Positions 18,874 through 29,666 of a DNA stretch of 64,000 bases are shown here, one piece after another. The stretch is from Patescibacteria group bacterium (lineage in GTDB: Bacteria > Patescibacteriota > Microgenomatia > UBA8517). The stretch is taken from NCBI GenBank assembly GCA_026416845.1, contig JAOAEL010000003.1:5447-69446 (forward strand), given 5' to 3'. The translations under genes were made by a program, and so were the position numbers. Positions within the stretch are counted from its first letter, which is position 1; each line of letters starts with the position of its first letter. The notes under the pieces were generated by a model. That model was given only the letters and a program-made list of their open reading frames with translations. It was not told the origin of the DNA and searched no databases.

Positions 18874-21186
18874 ATGATCCAAAAAGCCATCGACTCAGCA
18901 AAAAAAGCAAAATTAAGAAAGTTAAAAAAAAACGCAAGAATTGCTCACAAAGCAAAAGAAATAAACGCAAGCAAAGAAAATAACAAAAACAAAAAAATTG
19001 TATGGACAAAAACGCGCTTTACCAAATTTTTTATTTACTGGGGAGCTGTTGTTTGTTTTTTTGCGTGGTTGCTTTGGGATATTCCTCTTCCTTCAAAATT
19101 AGCAACCCAGCAAATTCCAGTATCAACAAAGATCTATGATAGAAATGGAGAACTGTTATACGAAATATACGCTGACAAAAAAAGCACCCCTTATAAACTA
19201 TCAGAAATTCCAAATCACGTTAAAAACGCGACTATTGCAATAGAAGACAAAGATTTTTATAAACATTCAGGTATTTCTATTGCGGGGATTGCGCGAGCAT
19301 TCTACAAAACAATTGTGGAAGGCAAAATACAAGGAGGATCTACACTTACCCAACAGCTTGTAAAAAATTCACTTTTAACTCCTGAAAGGACAATACGCAG
19401 AAAGATAAGAGAATTTCTGTTAACCCAAGTTGTAGAAATTGTCTACTCTAAAGATCAAATTTTAGAGATGTATTTGAATCAATCGCCATATGGAGGAACA
19501 GCATACGGAATAGGAGCCGCAGCTGAAACTTATTTTGGGAAAGCGCCTTCAGAACTCACTCTTGCAGAAGCAGCACTTTTAGCAGGGCTCCCTCAAGCTC
19601 CAACACGATACTCTCCTTTTGGAGCATATCCGGAGCTTGCAAATCAAAGACAGCAAAGTGTATTAAAACGCATGGTCGAAGATGGTTACATCACTCAGGA
19701 AGAGGCTGAAAATGCAGCCAATGAAAAACTAAATTACGTTGATAGAAGCACTTTTAAAGCCCCTCATTTTTCCTTGTGGATTAAAAGTTTGCTGGCAGAA
19801 AAATACGGAGAGGCTGTCGTGGAAAAGGGCGGACTCAGGGTAACTACCACTCTTGACTTATCTTTGCAAGAATTTGCGCAAAATGCTGTCGCCACTGAAG
19901 TGGCAAAGCTTGCCAAACAAAATGTTAAAAATGGAGCTGTAATTGTAACTCACCCTTCAACAGGACAAATACTTGCAATGGTAGGATCAAAGGACTACAA
20001 CGCAAAAGACGAAGATGGAAAAGTAAATGTAATCTTTTCAAAAAGACAACCGGGAAGCGCAATAAAACCGCTAAATTATGCACTTGCCATTGAAGACCGC
20101 AAAATCACCGCATCGACACCACTTGCAGATGTACCAACTTGTTTCTTGGTAACAGGACAGTCTCCTTATTGCCCGAAAAATTATGACGGCTCTTTTCACG
20201 GAGCCGTGCAAACCAGATTTGCGCTTGCAAATTCATACAATGTACCAGCAGTGCGAGTTTTAGCGTTAAACGGAATTGATAAATTTGTGGAATTTACCAA
20301 TAAAATGGGACTACAGACTTTATCAGACACATCAAGATACGGACTTTCACTAACACTTGGAGGCGGAGAAGTAAGGCCATACGATATGGCAGTTGCGTTT
20401 GGGGTTTTTGCCAATGGCGGAATTCTACAGCCACTAACAGGTATCTTAAAAGTTGAAGATTACAAAGGTAAAATTCTAGAAAAATTTGATATAAACAATA
20501 CTCTCTCCGGAGAAAGAATAATCTCTCCAGAAACAGCATTTATAATATCCCATATGCTACACGATAACGGCGCACGATCTGCAACATTTGGCTTAAATTC
20601 TTTTTTAAATGTGCGCGGGCACCCTGAAGTCTCTGTAAAAACTGGAACAACTAATGACCTAAAAGACAATTGGACTGTTGGATACACAGCGCATGCGGTA
20701 GTTGTAACTTGGGTAGGCAACAATGACTATTCCTCAATGAGCGGAACAATATCAGGAGTATCAGGTGCATCACCTATATGGAACACGGTAATTAAAAAAG
20801 TTCTCGAAAAAGCAGAAGAAGGTATTTACCACCCCAATGACCGTGGCCACGCTTGGCCTAAAAAGCCAAACGGTGTTGTTGGCGCAACCGTTTGTGCAAC
20901 AAACGGCAATAGAGTTTCCGACCCCAACTCGCTTGAATGCCCCACCAGGTTTGAATATTTCTTAAAAGAGAATGTTGGAGCCAACGTTCAAACAGGAAAC
21001 ATGGATATGTTAATAGATCAAAAAACAGGAGAAATTATTTATGAAGGCACACAATCACAAAACACAGAAATTCAAAATAAAAAATATCTTGTTGATCCTA
21101 TTGGTACAATTGTATGCTTAGAATGTCCAATATCGAAAAAATTTGTCGAAAAAATAAAATATCCAATAAGTATCAAAAATCGCTAA
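18874..21186 (+). CDS. Class A penicillin-binding protein (PBP1A/1C family)
   Basis: Transglycosylase motifs EDKDFYKH, GGSTLTQQLVKN and RKIRE; transpeptidase motifs PGSAIKP, SYN and KTGT. Confidence 0.95.
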   Translation: MIQKAIDSAKKAKLRKLKKNARIAHKAKEINASKENNKNKKIVWTKTRFTKFFIYWGAVVCFFAWLLWDIPLPSKLATQQIPVSTKIYDRNGELLYEIYADKKSTPYKLSEIPNHVKNATIAIEDKDFYKHSGISIAGIARAFYKTIVEGKIQGGSTLTQQLVKNSLLTPERTIRRKIREFLLTQVVEIVYSKDQILEMYLNQSPYGGTAYGIGAAAETYFGKAPSELTLAEAALLAGLPQAPTRYSPFGAYPELANQRQQSVLKRMVEDGYITQEEAENAANEKLNYVDRSTFKAPHFSLWIKSLLAEKYGEAVVEKGGLRVTTTLDLSLQEFAQNAVATEVAKLAKQNVKNGAVIVTHPSTGQILAMVGSKDYNAKDEDGKVNVIFSKRQPGSAIKPLNYALAIEDRKITASTPLADVPTCFLVTGQSPYCPKNYDGSFHGAVQTRFALANSYNVPAVRVLALNGIDKFVEFTNKMGLQTLSDTSRYGLSLTLGGGEVRPYDMAVAFGVFANGGILQPLTGILKVEDYKGKILEKFDINNTLSGERIISPETAFIISHMLHDNGARSATFGLNSFLNVRGHPEVSVKTGTTNDLKDNWTVGYTAHAVVVTWVGNNDYSSMSGTISGVSGASPIWNTVIKKVLEKAEEGIYHPNDRGHAWPKKPNGVVGATVCATNGNRVSDPNSLECPTRFEYFLKENVGANVQTGNMDMLIDQKTGEIIYEGTQSQNTEIQNKKYLVDPIGTIVCLECPISKKFVEKIKYPISIKNR

Positions 21187-21314
21187 TTACCAATATGTTT
21201 TTAAGTTTTAAATAGAGCATGCTCGCTTTTCTTTGTTATAGCAGTAAAAAAATTCAAACTTGTATTTCATTTGTTGAATAAAAAAACTTGATTCTATAAA
21301 ATTAAAAAGACCAA

Positions 21315-21758
21315 ATGAAAAACAAAAAATTTCTTATATATTCATTCTCAACATTAACATTATTAATCATTATATTGACAAGTGTTTACATTGGAATTTT
21401 CTTTAAAAAAGAAATACAAGATGTTAACAATAACAAAGAAAATTACAGTTATCAGCCAACAATACAAAATCAAACAAATTCAAATCCAGAAAACATGCCA
21501 AATATTCCACAAAATGATCCTGTAGATTTTCCATTAACAGGTATTATTAAAAGTTCAAATAATTTGAAAAATTATTATTTGGACCTCAGAAACGGCAAAA
21601 TAATAAATCTTAAAATTAAAAATGAAACTTTATCTTTATCAAAATTGGCAAACAAAAAAGTGCTTATAACAGCTCCAGTCGATTTGTCAACTAATACAAT
21701 CGAAATTCAGGATATTTCTCAAATTACAATATTGCCAGATTTTGATGAAAAAAACTAA
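21315..21758 (+). CDS. Hypothetical membrane-anchored protein (possible OB-like beta domain)
   Basis: N-terminal TM segment, N/Q/P-rich linker, beta-rich C-terminus. Confidence 0.6.
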   Translation: MKNKKFLIYSFSTLTLLIIILTSVYIGIFFKKEIQDVNNNKENYSYQPTIQNQTNSNPENMPNIPQNDPVDFPLTGIIKSSNNLKNYYLDLRNGKIINLKIKNETLSLSKLANKKVLITAPVDLSTNTIEIQDISQITILPDFDEKN

Positions 21759-21838
21759 AATAAGTTTTAAATTTAAATTCAAAAAATTTAATCTTTTTAA
21801 ATTTATCGAAACATTAAATTAAATTAACAAAATAAAAA

Positions 21839-22963
21839 TCAATTAACCATGTTTTCGTAAACTATTTTAGATATCTCAGGAACTGCCAAATCTGCTTCGC
21901 GTTCTACAATCCCCTTGCTCATAATAACAATTACGTAAGGTAATCTCGCATAAACGATACCTGCATCATTTACAACGTGCAATTCTCTACCATATTTGTG
22001 AGAAGCTTTAACACTTTCGGGCAAACCAGCTGATATCCAAGCTTCATAAATTGTATCTGTAAGAAATAAGAGCATTTCCTCTGTATTTTTTTTATTTAAA
22101 ATGTTTCCTTTCCATAAACTTTCAAAAAACACCCCTATATCTTCCGGAGTGGTCATGTTATCATCAAAATTGGTATTTTTCATACCACTTTTTAGAATCA
22201 TTTCTCTTACTTTTGTAACACCCACCGTCTTGATACCAATAATATAAGCAGTGTTGTCTGATTGTTTGCCCATAGCAGAAATAATATTTCTATAAGTAAT
22301 TTGATAACCAACTGGCTTTCCCACCAAACTTCCAGAACCTCCAACTTTGTCAGATTGCATAAGGACATATTTACTATCTAAATCAATCTTGCCTTTTTCA
22401 CTTTCTAAATACATAGCCGCCATAACAGGAAGCTTCATCAAAGATGCTGCTTGAAATTTCTCAGTATGATTTATACCAAAACTAAAACCACTTGTAAGAT
22501 TAATCACATAAACACCATACACTCCATTTAATCTTTTGGTGATTTTTTTAATTTCAGAAATAATTTCGTCAGCTTTTTCTTTGTCTTTTTTTCTGCTATC
22601 TAAAACAATAGTTTCTTCGCTAACAAAAGGCATAGATATATCGGGTGGCTGAACGCGCGGAGCGTTCGCCAATTTCCAAGACCGCGAATGCAAAGCAAAA
22701 ATAACCGATAACCCCGCTGTAACAAATAAAGCAGTCATAACCACTATCCTTTCTTTTGTCCCCCATTCTTTTTTTGGTTCCCTTCGTTTTCTTTTATTGT
22801 GAGGGTTTAAGTCTTTAAAATCAGAGTCTTTTACTCTAAAAGAGCTTTTCTTAAAACCTTGCGATTTGTTTTCTTCCCTATCATCAGCTTCGCTATCTGA
22901 TTTTATATCAATTTGCTTTTTTAGCTTATTTTTACTATGATTTCCTTTGCCAAAGAAAAACAT
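21839..22963 (-). CDS. Membrane-anchored serine hydrolase, class A beta-lactamase-like
   Basis: AASLMK (SxxK), SDN, HKYG and NDAGIV motifs; TM segment after a charged N-terminus. Confidence 0.85.
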   Translation of the reverse strand: MFFFGKGNHSKNKLKKQIDIKSDSEADDREENKSQGFKKSSFRVKDSDFKDLNPHNKRKRREPKKEWGTKERIVVMTALFVTAGLSVIFALHSRSWKLANAPRVQPPDISMPFVSEETIVLDSRKKDKEKADEIISEIKKITKRLNGVYGVYVINLTSGFSFGINHTEKFQAASLMKLPVMAAMYLESEKGKIDLDSKYVLMQSDKVGGSGSLVGKPVGYQITYRNIISAMGKQSDNTAYIIGIKTVGVTKVREMILKSGMKNTNFDDNMTTPEDIGVFFESLWKGNILNKKNTEEMLLFLTDTIYEAWISAGLPESVKASHKYGRELHVVNDAGIVYARLPYVIVIMSKGIVEREADLAVPEISKIVYENMVN

Positions 22964-23095
22964 ATAACAATTATACTAAATAAATCATCTTCAAATGAAA
23001 TGGGAAAGACAAGTCCGGAACAAAAAACCCAAGCCTATTACAACAAATTGACAAAATAGAGCAAAAGACATATATCAAATCAAATAAATACTGAA

Positions 23096-24370
23096 ATGTG
23101 GGTAACATTAAGTCAAGAAGCGTGGGAAACATTAACTCAATATGTAACAAAAAATTTTGAAACTAATCGTCCAGTCGAAGAAATAGTAGAATGTATTCTC
23201 GTACAATTAGCAATAGCAAGACAGCAAAGATCAATTATAGAAAAGACTCTAAGAGAGGCTCAAACACCAATTGAGATAATCGAAGCATTGAAAGCCTATG
23301 GAAATTGGTACCAAAGATACCCAAAGATTAAATTAACTGAAGGCCCTTTTAAAAAATGGGAATATAAAATTAGCTCTTGGAATTCACCACGTCTTGCTTG
23401 CCAAAAAATAGTCGATATGTTGATTTTGTATGATGGAAAGATAAATCAAGATCTCATCAATGTAGTAACATCAGAATTAGTTAATATTAGAAACAAAGGC
23501 GACAAAGAATTCTCAGAAATTTTCTTAAAAAATCTGCTATTTCATTCTTGTTTTGATAAAGATCACAAAGATGTTAAAAAACAGGAAGCCGCTTTGGCAT
23601 TGTGTGATGAATTAATAAAAAATGGATTAGCTCCTGCCAGTTTTTATTACAAACAAACAAGCAGTTATCCTTTATCTGGAAACTTATTATTCCTTTATAA
23701 ACTTTATGAAGGCTTATCAGGACAAGGAATCTGTGAAAATCCTAGTGAATACATACCAGAAAACGAAACGCCCGAAGTACTTTTTGATATTGCTACAAAA
23801 ATCGTGTATCAGGTAATAGAAAAAATAAACAAATCAGAGAGAATAATTAACATCCTAAAACCAAAGGAGGGAATAGGCTCTGTCCCATACACTGATTTTA
23901 TCAAATTAGCCAACCGCATAATTCAACTCTATCAAGGACAAGAATTGCATACAGGCATTAAATTTGAGACGCTAAATGAACAATCTTTAGATGATCTCCC
24001 TCAAGCTTTTCTCCGAATTATGCATTTTGCAACGCTTGTAAATAAGGAAACAACACAAGAAGCTAAAAACGAAAACGAATTAGAAAATCAAGGTCGTCTA
24101 GACTATTCAGACTACATTGATCTTGCTCTGCTAATTTGCGAGGAAGCGCTTGCAAGAAAAAACGCTCAGAAAGTCCTGACAATAGGAGATATAGCAATGC
24201 TATACCCCACCGCAAGTTCAAAGGAATTGCAAACAATCATAGAAAAATTACAACAAAATAACCAAGGACAAATGCCTTCTTTGGGAAAATTTCTTAGAGA
24301 AAAACAAGAACAAGGATCGCTAACACCTGGGTATAGAGTATTTAAACCGGGTTATGGAGCGAGCAGTTAA
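23096..24370 (+). CDS. Hypothetical protein
   Basis: 424-aa ORF, mostly helical by inspection, no motif recognised. Confidence 0.65.
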   Translation: MWVTLSQEAWETLTQYVTKNFETNRPVEEIVECILVQLAIARQQRSIIEKTLREAQTPIEIIEALKAYGNWYQRYPKIKLTEGPFKKWEYKISSWNSPRLACQKIVDMLILYDGKINQDLINVVTSELVNIRNKGDKEFSEIFLKNLLFHSCFDKDHKDVKKQEAALALCDELIKNGLAPASFYYKQTSSYPLSGNLLFLYKLYEGLSGQGICENPSEYIPENETPEVLFDIATKIVYQVIEKINKSERIINILKPKEGIGSVPYTDFIKLANRIIQLYQGQELHTGIKFETLNEQSLDDLPQAFLRIMHFATLVNKETTQEAKNENELENQGRLDYSDYIDLALLICEEALARKNAQKVLTIGDIAMLYPTASSKELQTIIEKLQQNNQGQMPSLGKFLREKQEQGSLTPGYRVFKPGYGASS

Positions 24371-24394
24371 AAAAACCTAAAAAGAAAAAACAAA

Positions 24395-25384
24395 TCAGCT
24401 TTTTCTTTTGTCCCACACTTGCTTGTTCACAATGTTAGATGGCATTTTGCCTTCTAAAAAATCATTAATCGCGACCACCGCCAACTCTCCCATTTTTTCC
24501 CGAGCCTCGTATGTAGCAGATGCTATATGGGGAGTTAAAATCACATTTTCCATAGCAACTAATTCAGGGTTTATATTTGGTTCGTTTTCAAAAACATCAA
24601 GTCCTGCCCCCCCTAAATGCCCTTGCCTAAGAGCGTCAACCAAAGCTTGCTCGTGCACCACAGAACCTCTTGCTGTATTTACCAGAATTGCTCCTTTTTT
24701 CATTTTGTAAATAGTGTCATAGTTGATAAGATGATGAGTTTCTTTTGTCAATGGAACGTTAAGAGACACAAAATCGCTTTGAGAAAGAAGACTTTCTAAA
24801 CTTTCAGCATATTCCACTCCCAGCTCTGATTCCGCTTTCTGATCGCGAGAACGATTGTAGTAAAGAACTTTCATTTGAAAGCCTTGAGCTCGCCTTGCCA
24901 CCATACTTCCTATTCTGCCCATGCCAACTATTCCTAATGTTTTGCCTATAAAAGTGTGGCCCAAGAAAACGCTTGGCTCCCAGCCTTTGTAAGCGCCCTG
25001 TCTTGTAGCTTGATCCGCTTCAACCACACGCCGAGCTAAACTCATCATCAGACACCAAGTTAATTCTGCCACCGATTCGTTCACTTCGTCGCAAGGAGTA
25101 TTTGTAACTACAATTCCGCGTTTGGTCATCGCCTCAACGTCAATATTGTCATAACCAACAGCATAATTAGAAATCATCCTAAGCTGTGGGCCAATTGCAT
25201 CTGCCACTTCTGCAGTAATTTTGTCAGTCAAAAGAGTTAAAAGGATATCAGACCCCGCGCCCATTTCTAAAAGTTCAGACGCGCTAAGCGGCCTATCATA
25301 AGGAGAGACTACTACCTCTCGCCCGCCACCATTAAGCCAATGCAATTTTGAAGTGGGAATATTTCTGGTAACAAAAATCTTCAC
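24395..25384 (-). CDS. D-2-hydroxyacid dehydrogenase (glyoxylate reductase/D-glycerate dehydrogenase)
   Basis: AVGYDNID, GIVGMGRIG, NTARG, LDVFENEP and TPHIAS motifs. Confidence 0.92.
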   Translation of the reverse strand: MKIFVTRNIPTSKLHWLNGGGREVVVSPYDRPLSASELLEMGAGSDILLTLLTDKITAEVADAIGPQLRMISNYAVGYDNIDVEAMTKRGIVVTNTPCDEVNESVAELTWCLMMSLARRVVEADQATRQGAYKGWEPSVFLGHTFIGKTLGIVGMGRIGSMVARRAQGFQMKVLYYNRSRDQKAESELGVEYAESLESLLSQSDFVSLNVPLTKETHHLINYDTIYKMKKGAILVNTARGSVVHEQALVDALRQGHLGGAGLDVFENEPNINPELVAMENVILTPHIASATYEAREKMGELAVVAINDFLEGKMPSNIVNKQVWDKRKS

Positions 25385-25962
25385 AATTTAAATATAAGTT
25401 GAAAAATCGCTAAAGCGCAATAACGAATTTTATGTAATTAAAACAGATCTCTTCAAAATCACTCGCTAATATCAAAAAATCTCTGCCATTGGTGCATAAT
25501 GTATACACTAAAAATTTTCTAGGTATAAATACGCAAAACCTCACTCTCGTGAGCCAACTAGACTAATAGGCATATCGTTAGGCATATTGTGCGTTTTAAA
25601 TCGAAAAATTCGGCTAAGCCAAAATTTTGCAAAAGCTCAGTTAGAAATCAAATGTACCTGTTTCACAAAGTAACAGTAAATATATATAAAAATATAAAGA
25701 CAAATTAATTCTTTTATTTAAACCACCCACTCCACATTATTATTTGAACTTGCCCAATTGTCAAAATGATAATTAATTTAGCCACAAACAAATCATACTA
25801 AATGTTTGTTTAAATATCCCATTACATATAAATAAGACACATACATCAAAGCTCAAATTAGATTCATCACATAACTTAATTCTTTAGCAAGAATGTTTTG
25901 TGGGGAAGCATTAATAAAAACAGTTTCAATCACTTTTTGGTTATCCAGACTAATGCCACAAA

Positions 25963-26952
25963 CTACAAGTTGACCAATAAAGCATCTTTATCAATCTTAT
26001 CAAGCCAATCTCTCAATTGATTCTCGTAAAGAAGACCTCTTTGTGGACCAACAAAACCAATTTTAGATGCCGCGTTTACTGTTCCCCAAATCATCCCTTC
26101 CTGCAAACTTTTGCCTTTAATTAGGGCGGCAATACAACCTGAAGAATAAGAATCTCCAGCTCCGGTTTTTTCACAAACATCTACAGGCAAAATTCCACAT
26201 TTATAGTACCCATTGGCGTTTCTTGCATATGAACCATTTGCACCATCAGTAACAATAACATTTTTAGGACCCAGTGCGTATAAATCATCCAAAAGCTGTT
26301 TCTCTTCCCCATACGAATTGTTGTCAAACTCGCATATCTCCTGAGCCTCTTCACGATTTACTATCAGAATCTCGCATTTTTCCAAAAACCGCAAAAGCCA
26401 TGCTTTGCCTTTTTTTATTTGTCTTCCTCCGGGATTGAAAACCAACTTTGTGTCATTTTTAGAAAGCCAAAGATACACATCTTCAAAAAAATCTTCAAAA
26501 TTTTCTCCTATTGAAGTTAAATAAGCCCATTTTGCAGATGGCAAATCAGTTGGAAAAGGAGGCCTTTGAGGAGGATAGTACGAAAGTATGGTGCGTTCTC
26601 CTTGATAATTGATCACAGCGCCAAACCCTTCGGGAACTCCTTTCGTTTGGGTAACATATTTCATGTTTATCCCTTCAGAAACTAAAGTTTTGGCGGCGAA
26701 ATCAGCCATCATTCCACATCCAAGTTCGGCAACCAAATAATTATCTATTCCAAGCCTTTTTGTGCCAACAGCGACATTCGCGCCATTGCCGCCAAGCAAA
26801 TATGTCGCGCTTTTTAGCGAAATTTTTGCAGCGTATGTAAGTTTGATAAAACAATCCTTGCTATCAAGCGAACACTCCTGCTCCGCTTTGTCAGGAGGAA
26901 CTTCCAAAAAAGCGTCTACCCTTGCAGAACCAAAAACAACAAGCTCAGCCAT
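25963..26952 (-). CDS. PfkB/ribokinase-family carbohydrate kinase
   Basis: GGNGANVA, FNPG, NREEA and EKTGAGDSY motifs. Likely start is ATG 26952. Confidence 0.9.
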   Translation of the reverse strand: MAELVVFGSARVDAFLEVPPDKAEQECSLDSKDCFIKLTYAAKISLKSATYLLGGNGANVAVGTKRLGIDNYLVAELGCGMMADFAAKTLVSEGINMKYVTQTKGVPEGFGAVINYQGERTILSYYPPQRPPFPTDLPSAKWAYLTSIGENFEDFFEDVYLWLSKNDTKLVFNPGGRQIKKGKAWLLRFLEKCEILIVNREEAQEICEFDNNSYGEEKQLLDDLYALGPKNVIVTDGANGSYARNANGYYKCGILPVDVCEKTGAGDSYSSGCIAALIKGKSLQEGMIWGTVNAASKIGFVGPQRGLLYENQLRDWLDKIDKDALLVNL

Positions 26953-27074
26953 GTAAATATTAAACAATGCATACTATTTCGTCTTTTATAATTGCAATTT
27001 CAAAAAAATCTTAGTTAACCTCTGCTAATAATAATCTTTGATCAAATAAACACAGCCATTTTAGTCTTTGCAAC

Positions 27075-28070
27075 CTAAATTTCCACAACTTCCACACCAC
27101 TACTTTTTGCCCTCTCGAGCCAAGTAATCATGTCACGTTCGTTTAAAAGTCCTTTTTGCGCGCCAACATATCCAATCACAGATGCCGAATTAACAGTTCC
27201 CCACAAAAGAGCTTCAGAAAAACTTTTGCCTCTTATAATCGCTGACAAACATCCGCTACCAAAAGCGTCACCAGCTCCTGTTCTTTCATAAGATTCGACC
27301 GGTAGAATTCCAACCTTCAAGTATTTCAATCCATCAAAAGCAAATGCTCCATTTGATCCATCTGTGATAACAGCAGTTCTGGGCCCAAGTTTTGTCAAAG
27401 CCAAAAGCAAATTTTTCTCATTACCATATGTATCGATAAGAGATGTTAATTTTTGAGCTTCTTCGCGATTCACATATATTAATTCACATCTTTCAAGAAT
27501 CGGCTTTATAACACTTATGTCTACCCTTAATTGTCTGCTACCGGGATTAAAAGCAAGTTTTACATTGGGATGTTTTACAAGCCAGTTTAAAAAATGATTG
27601 TAAAAAGGGGTAAAAGTCTCACCCATTGAAGTTAGATATACCCAAGCCACATCAGGAAGAGCAACAGGAAATTCATACGAGCGCGGAGCGTGATATGAAA
27701 ATATTGTCCTTTCCCCACAATAGTTAATTATTGTTGAATAATTAGTGCCAGCCGTTGGTTGCTGAATAACATAAGTTTGATCAACTTTCTCCCGATCCAA
27801 AATTTCAACTACTTGATTGCCTATAAGATCGCCACCCAATGTCGCCACAAGAGCGGTTTTTACTCCAAGTCGAGTTGTGCCAACCGCATTATTGGCAGCA
27901 TTACCTCCAAGACAAAATTCCAAATTCTTAACAGGTATTTTGTCTCCGTACGAAAAACAAATAAAACATTCTTTTGAATTTAATTGACACAAAGTATCAG
28001 TTTCCTCAGGCAACATAAACACATCCATAGAAACATCTCCAATTGTCAACAAATCAAACTTTTGATTCAT
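27075..28070 (-). CDS. PfkB/ribokinase-family carbohydrate kinase (paralog)
   Basis: GGNAANNA, FNPGS and ERTGAGDAF motifs. Confidence 0.9.
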   Translation of the reverse strand: MNQKFDLLTIGDVSMDVFMLPEETDTLCQLNSKECFICFSYGDKIPVKNLEFCLGGNAANNAVGTTRLGVKTALVATLGGDLIGNQVVEILDREKVDQTYVIQQPTAGTNYSTIINYCGERTIFSYHAPRSYEFPVALPDVAWVYLTSMGETFTPFYNHFLNWLVKHPNVKLAFNPGSRQLRVDISVIKPILERCELIYVNREEAQKLTSLIDTYGNEKNLLLALTKLGPRTAVITDGSNGAFAFDGLKYLKVGILPVESYERTGAGDAFGSGCLSAIIRGKSFSEALLWGTVNSASVIGYVGAQKGLLNERDMITWLERAKSSGVEVVEI

Positions 28071-28124
28071 TTTTTATATTTTAAAATTTAATCAAAAAAT
28101 AAACGATCCTAATACAATAAGGTG

Positions 28125-29132
28125 CTAACCTTCGGCTTTCCAAACACCAATAGACGCATCGCTTGCTTTCTTTAAAATATTAACAAAAACTTCTTGAGCT
28201 TTCTTCACATTTTCTTCTAAGCCTCTCCAAGTTTCCATAACAGGAGACTGTAGTGCTCTTGAATAAGAAAAAGAAAGCCTCCAAGGTAAATTCTTTTCCT
28301 TGTTCATCTCTGCCAAATTTTCTATCGCCTGATTCGAATCTTGCCCACCCGACAAAAACATAATTCCGGGAACCTCACTAGGGACCACCGCTTTCAAACA
28401 AGAAAGCGTGGCTTTTGCAATTTCATCTGAACTTGTCTGTTCACTAGAAACTTTGCCTGGCAAAACCATGTTGGGTTTTAGGATAATACCAGTTAAATCC
28501 ACTTTTTCTCTCTCAATCGCTTGAAAGACAGTTTTCAAAGTTTTATAAGTCACCTGCGCGCAACGCTCGATATCATGATCTCCATCCATTAAAACTTCTG
28601 GTTCTATTATTGGCACCATTTGGAATTCCTGCACAATTTTGGCATATTTTGCCAAAAAACTGGCATTTTCTAACACACACCTCTCTGTGGGCATGTCCTT
28701 TCCTATTGATATAACAGCGCGCCATTTTGTAAAAAAAGCGCCTTTTGACTTATACACACTCAACCTTTCCACCAAATCATCCAATCCTTTAGTAATCTTC
28801 TCCTCGCTTCCGGGAACCAAAGACTGCGTACCTTGGTCTACTTTTATGCCCGGTAAAATACCACGATTTAGCAAAAATTCAGCAAAGTAAACCCCATCAA
28901 TAGTTTGTTGATCAAGTGTTTCTTCAAACAAAATTACTCCGCTTAAATATTTTTCAATATCTGGCGCAGTAAAAAGCATTTCTCGATAAAAACGTCTTGT
29001 TTCTGGTGTGCAATCTATTCCAAAAGCGGCAAAACGTCTTTCTATTGTTGGTACACTTTCATCGGCCGCCAAAAGACCTTTTGGAATTTGTATCATCTTA
29101 CTTATTATCTGGTGAATAGATAACAATTCCAT
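28125..29132 (-). CDS. fba: Fructose-bisphosphate aldolase class I
   Basis: KGLLAADES, GIKVDQG, FTKWR, PIIEPEV, Schiff-base LKPNMV, FLSGGQ and FSYSRALQ motifs. Confidence 0.95.
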   Translation of the reverse strand: MELLSIHQIISKMIQIPKGLLAADESVPTIERRFAAFGIDCTPETRRFYREMLFTAPDIEKYLSGVILFEETLDQQTIDGVYFAEFLLNRGILPGIKVDQGTQSLVPGSEEKITKGLDDLVERLSVYKSKGAFFTKWRAVISIGKDMPTERCVLENASFLAKYAKIVQEFQMVPIIEPEVLMDGDHDIERCAQVTYKTLKTVFQAIEREKVDLTGIILKPNMVLPGKVSSEQTSSDEIAKATLSCLKAVVPSEVPGIMFLSGGQDSNQAIENLAEMNKEKNLPWRLSFSYSRALQSPVMETWRGLEENVKKAQEVFVNILKKASDASIGVWKAEG

Positions 29133-29176
29133 AAATTTTTGCTACAAACACTATTACTGCCTTTGTTTATCTTATA

Positions 29177-29611
29177 ATGTATATTGCTAACAATACTAAA
29201 TATAGCCTTAACTACCATCTGATTGAAAGTGTTGAAAATATGTTTCACAATAATCACAATATAAAGATGGATAAACTAACAAATGCGAATTCTTCACAGA
29301 CAATCCTAGAAAAAACTGGTTTAGAGGGGAAAAACAGGACAAGTCTTAAAGAGAAGTTAATATATGTTTTTAATGATCAAATATTTAGATCTTTTTTGTT
29401 TGTTTTTCTGATAGCAATATTATTCTTTGCGTCTCTTTACATAGCATACCTAAAAAGCAAAAACGAAAAACTAGAAAAACAGTTAAAGGAAGCTCTTAAC
29501 GAAATACCTAAAGCAAAAGTTATTATTCCAAAAAATACCCCATCAACATATTATAAAGAAGAAGCTGCTGCTAATACCAACTTTTTACAGAATAAGATGG
29601 AAAATAATTAG
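29177..29611 (+). CDS. Hypothetical single-TM protein
   Basis: One TM segment followed by a short coiled coil; true start may be downstream. Confidence 0.5.
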   Translation: MYIANNTKYSLNYHLIESVENMFHNNHNIKMDKLTNANSSQTILEKTGLEGKNRTSLKEKLIYVFNDQIFRSFLFVFLIAILFFASLYIAYLKSKNEKLEKQLKEALNEIPKAKVIIPKNTPSTYYKEEAAANTNFLQNKMENN

Positions 29612-29666
29612 GTTCATGCCCGATTGACAATAAATGTTTTAATAATATAGATTTAGGATATCATCC

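Noticed and set aside
25385-25962. 580-bp intergenic gap
   Set aside because: No convincing ORF, repeat or RNA structure found by eye; possibly a decayed gene, but unsupported.
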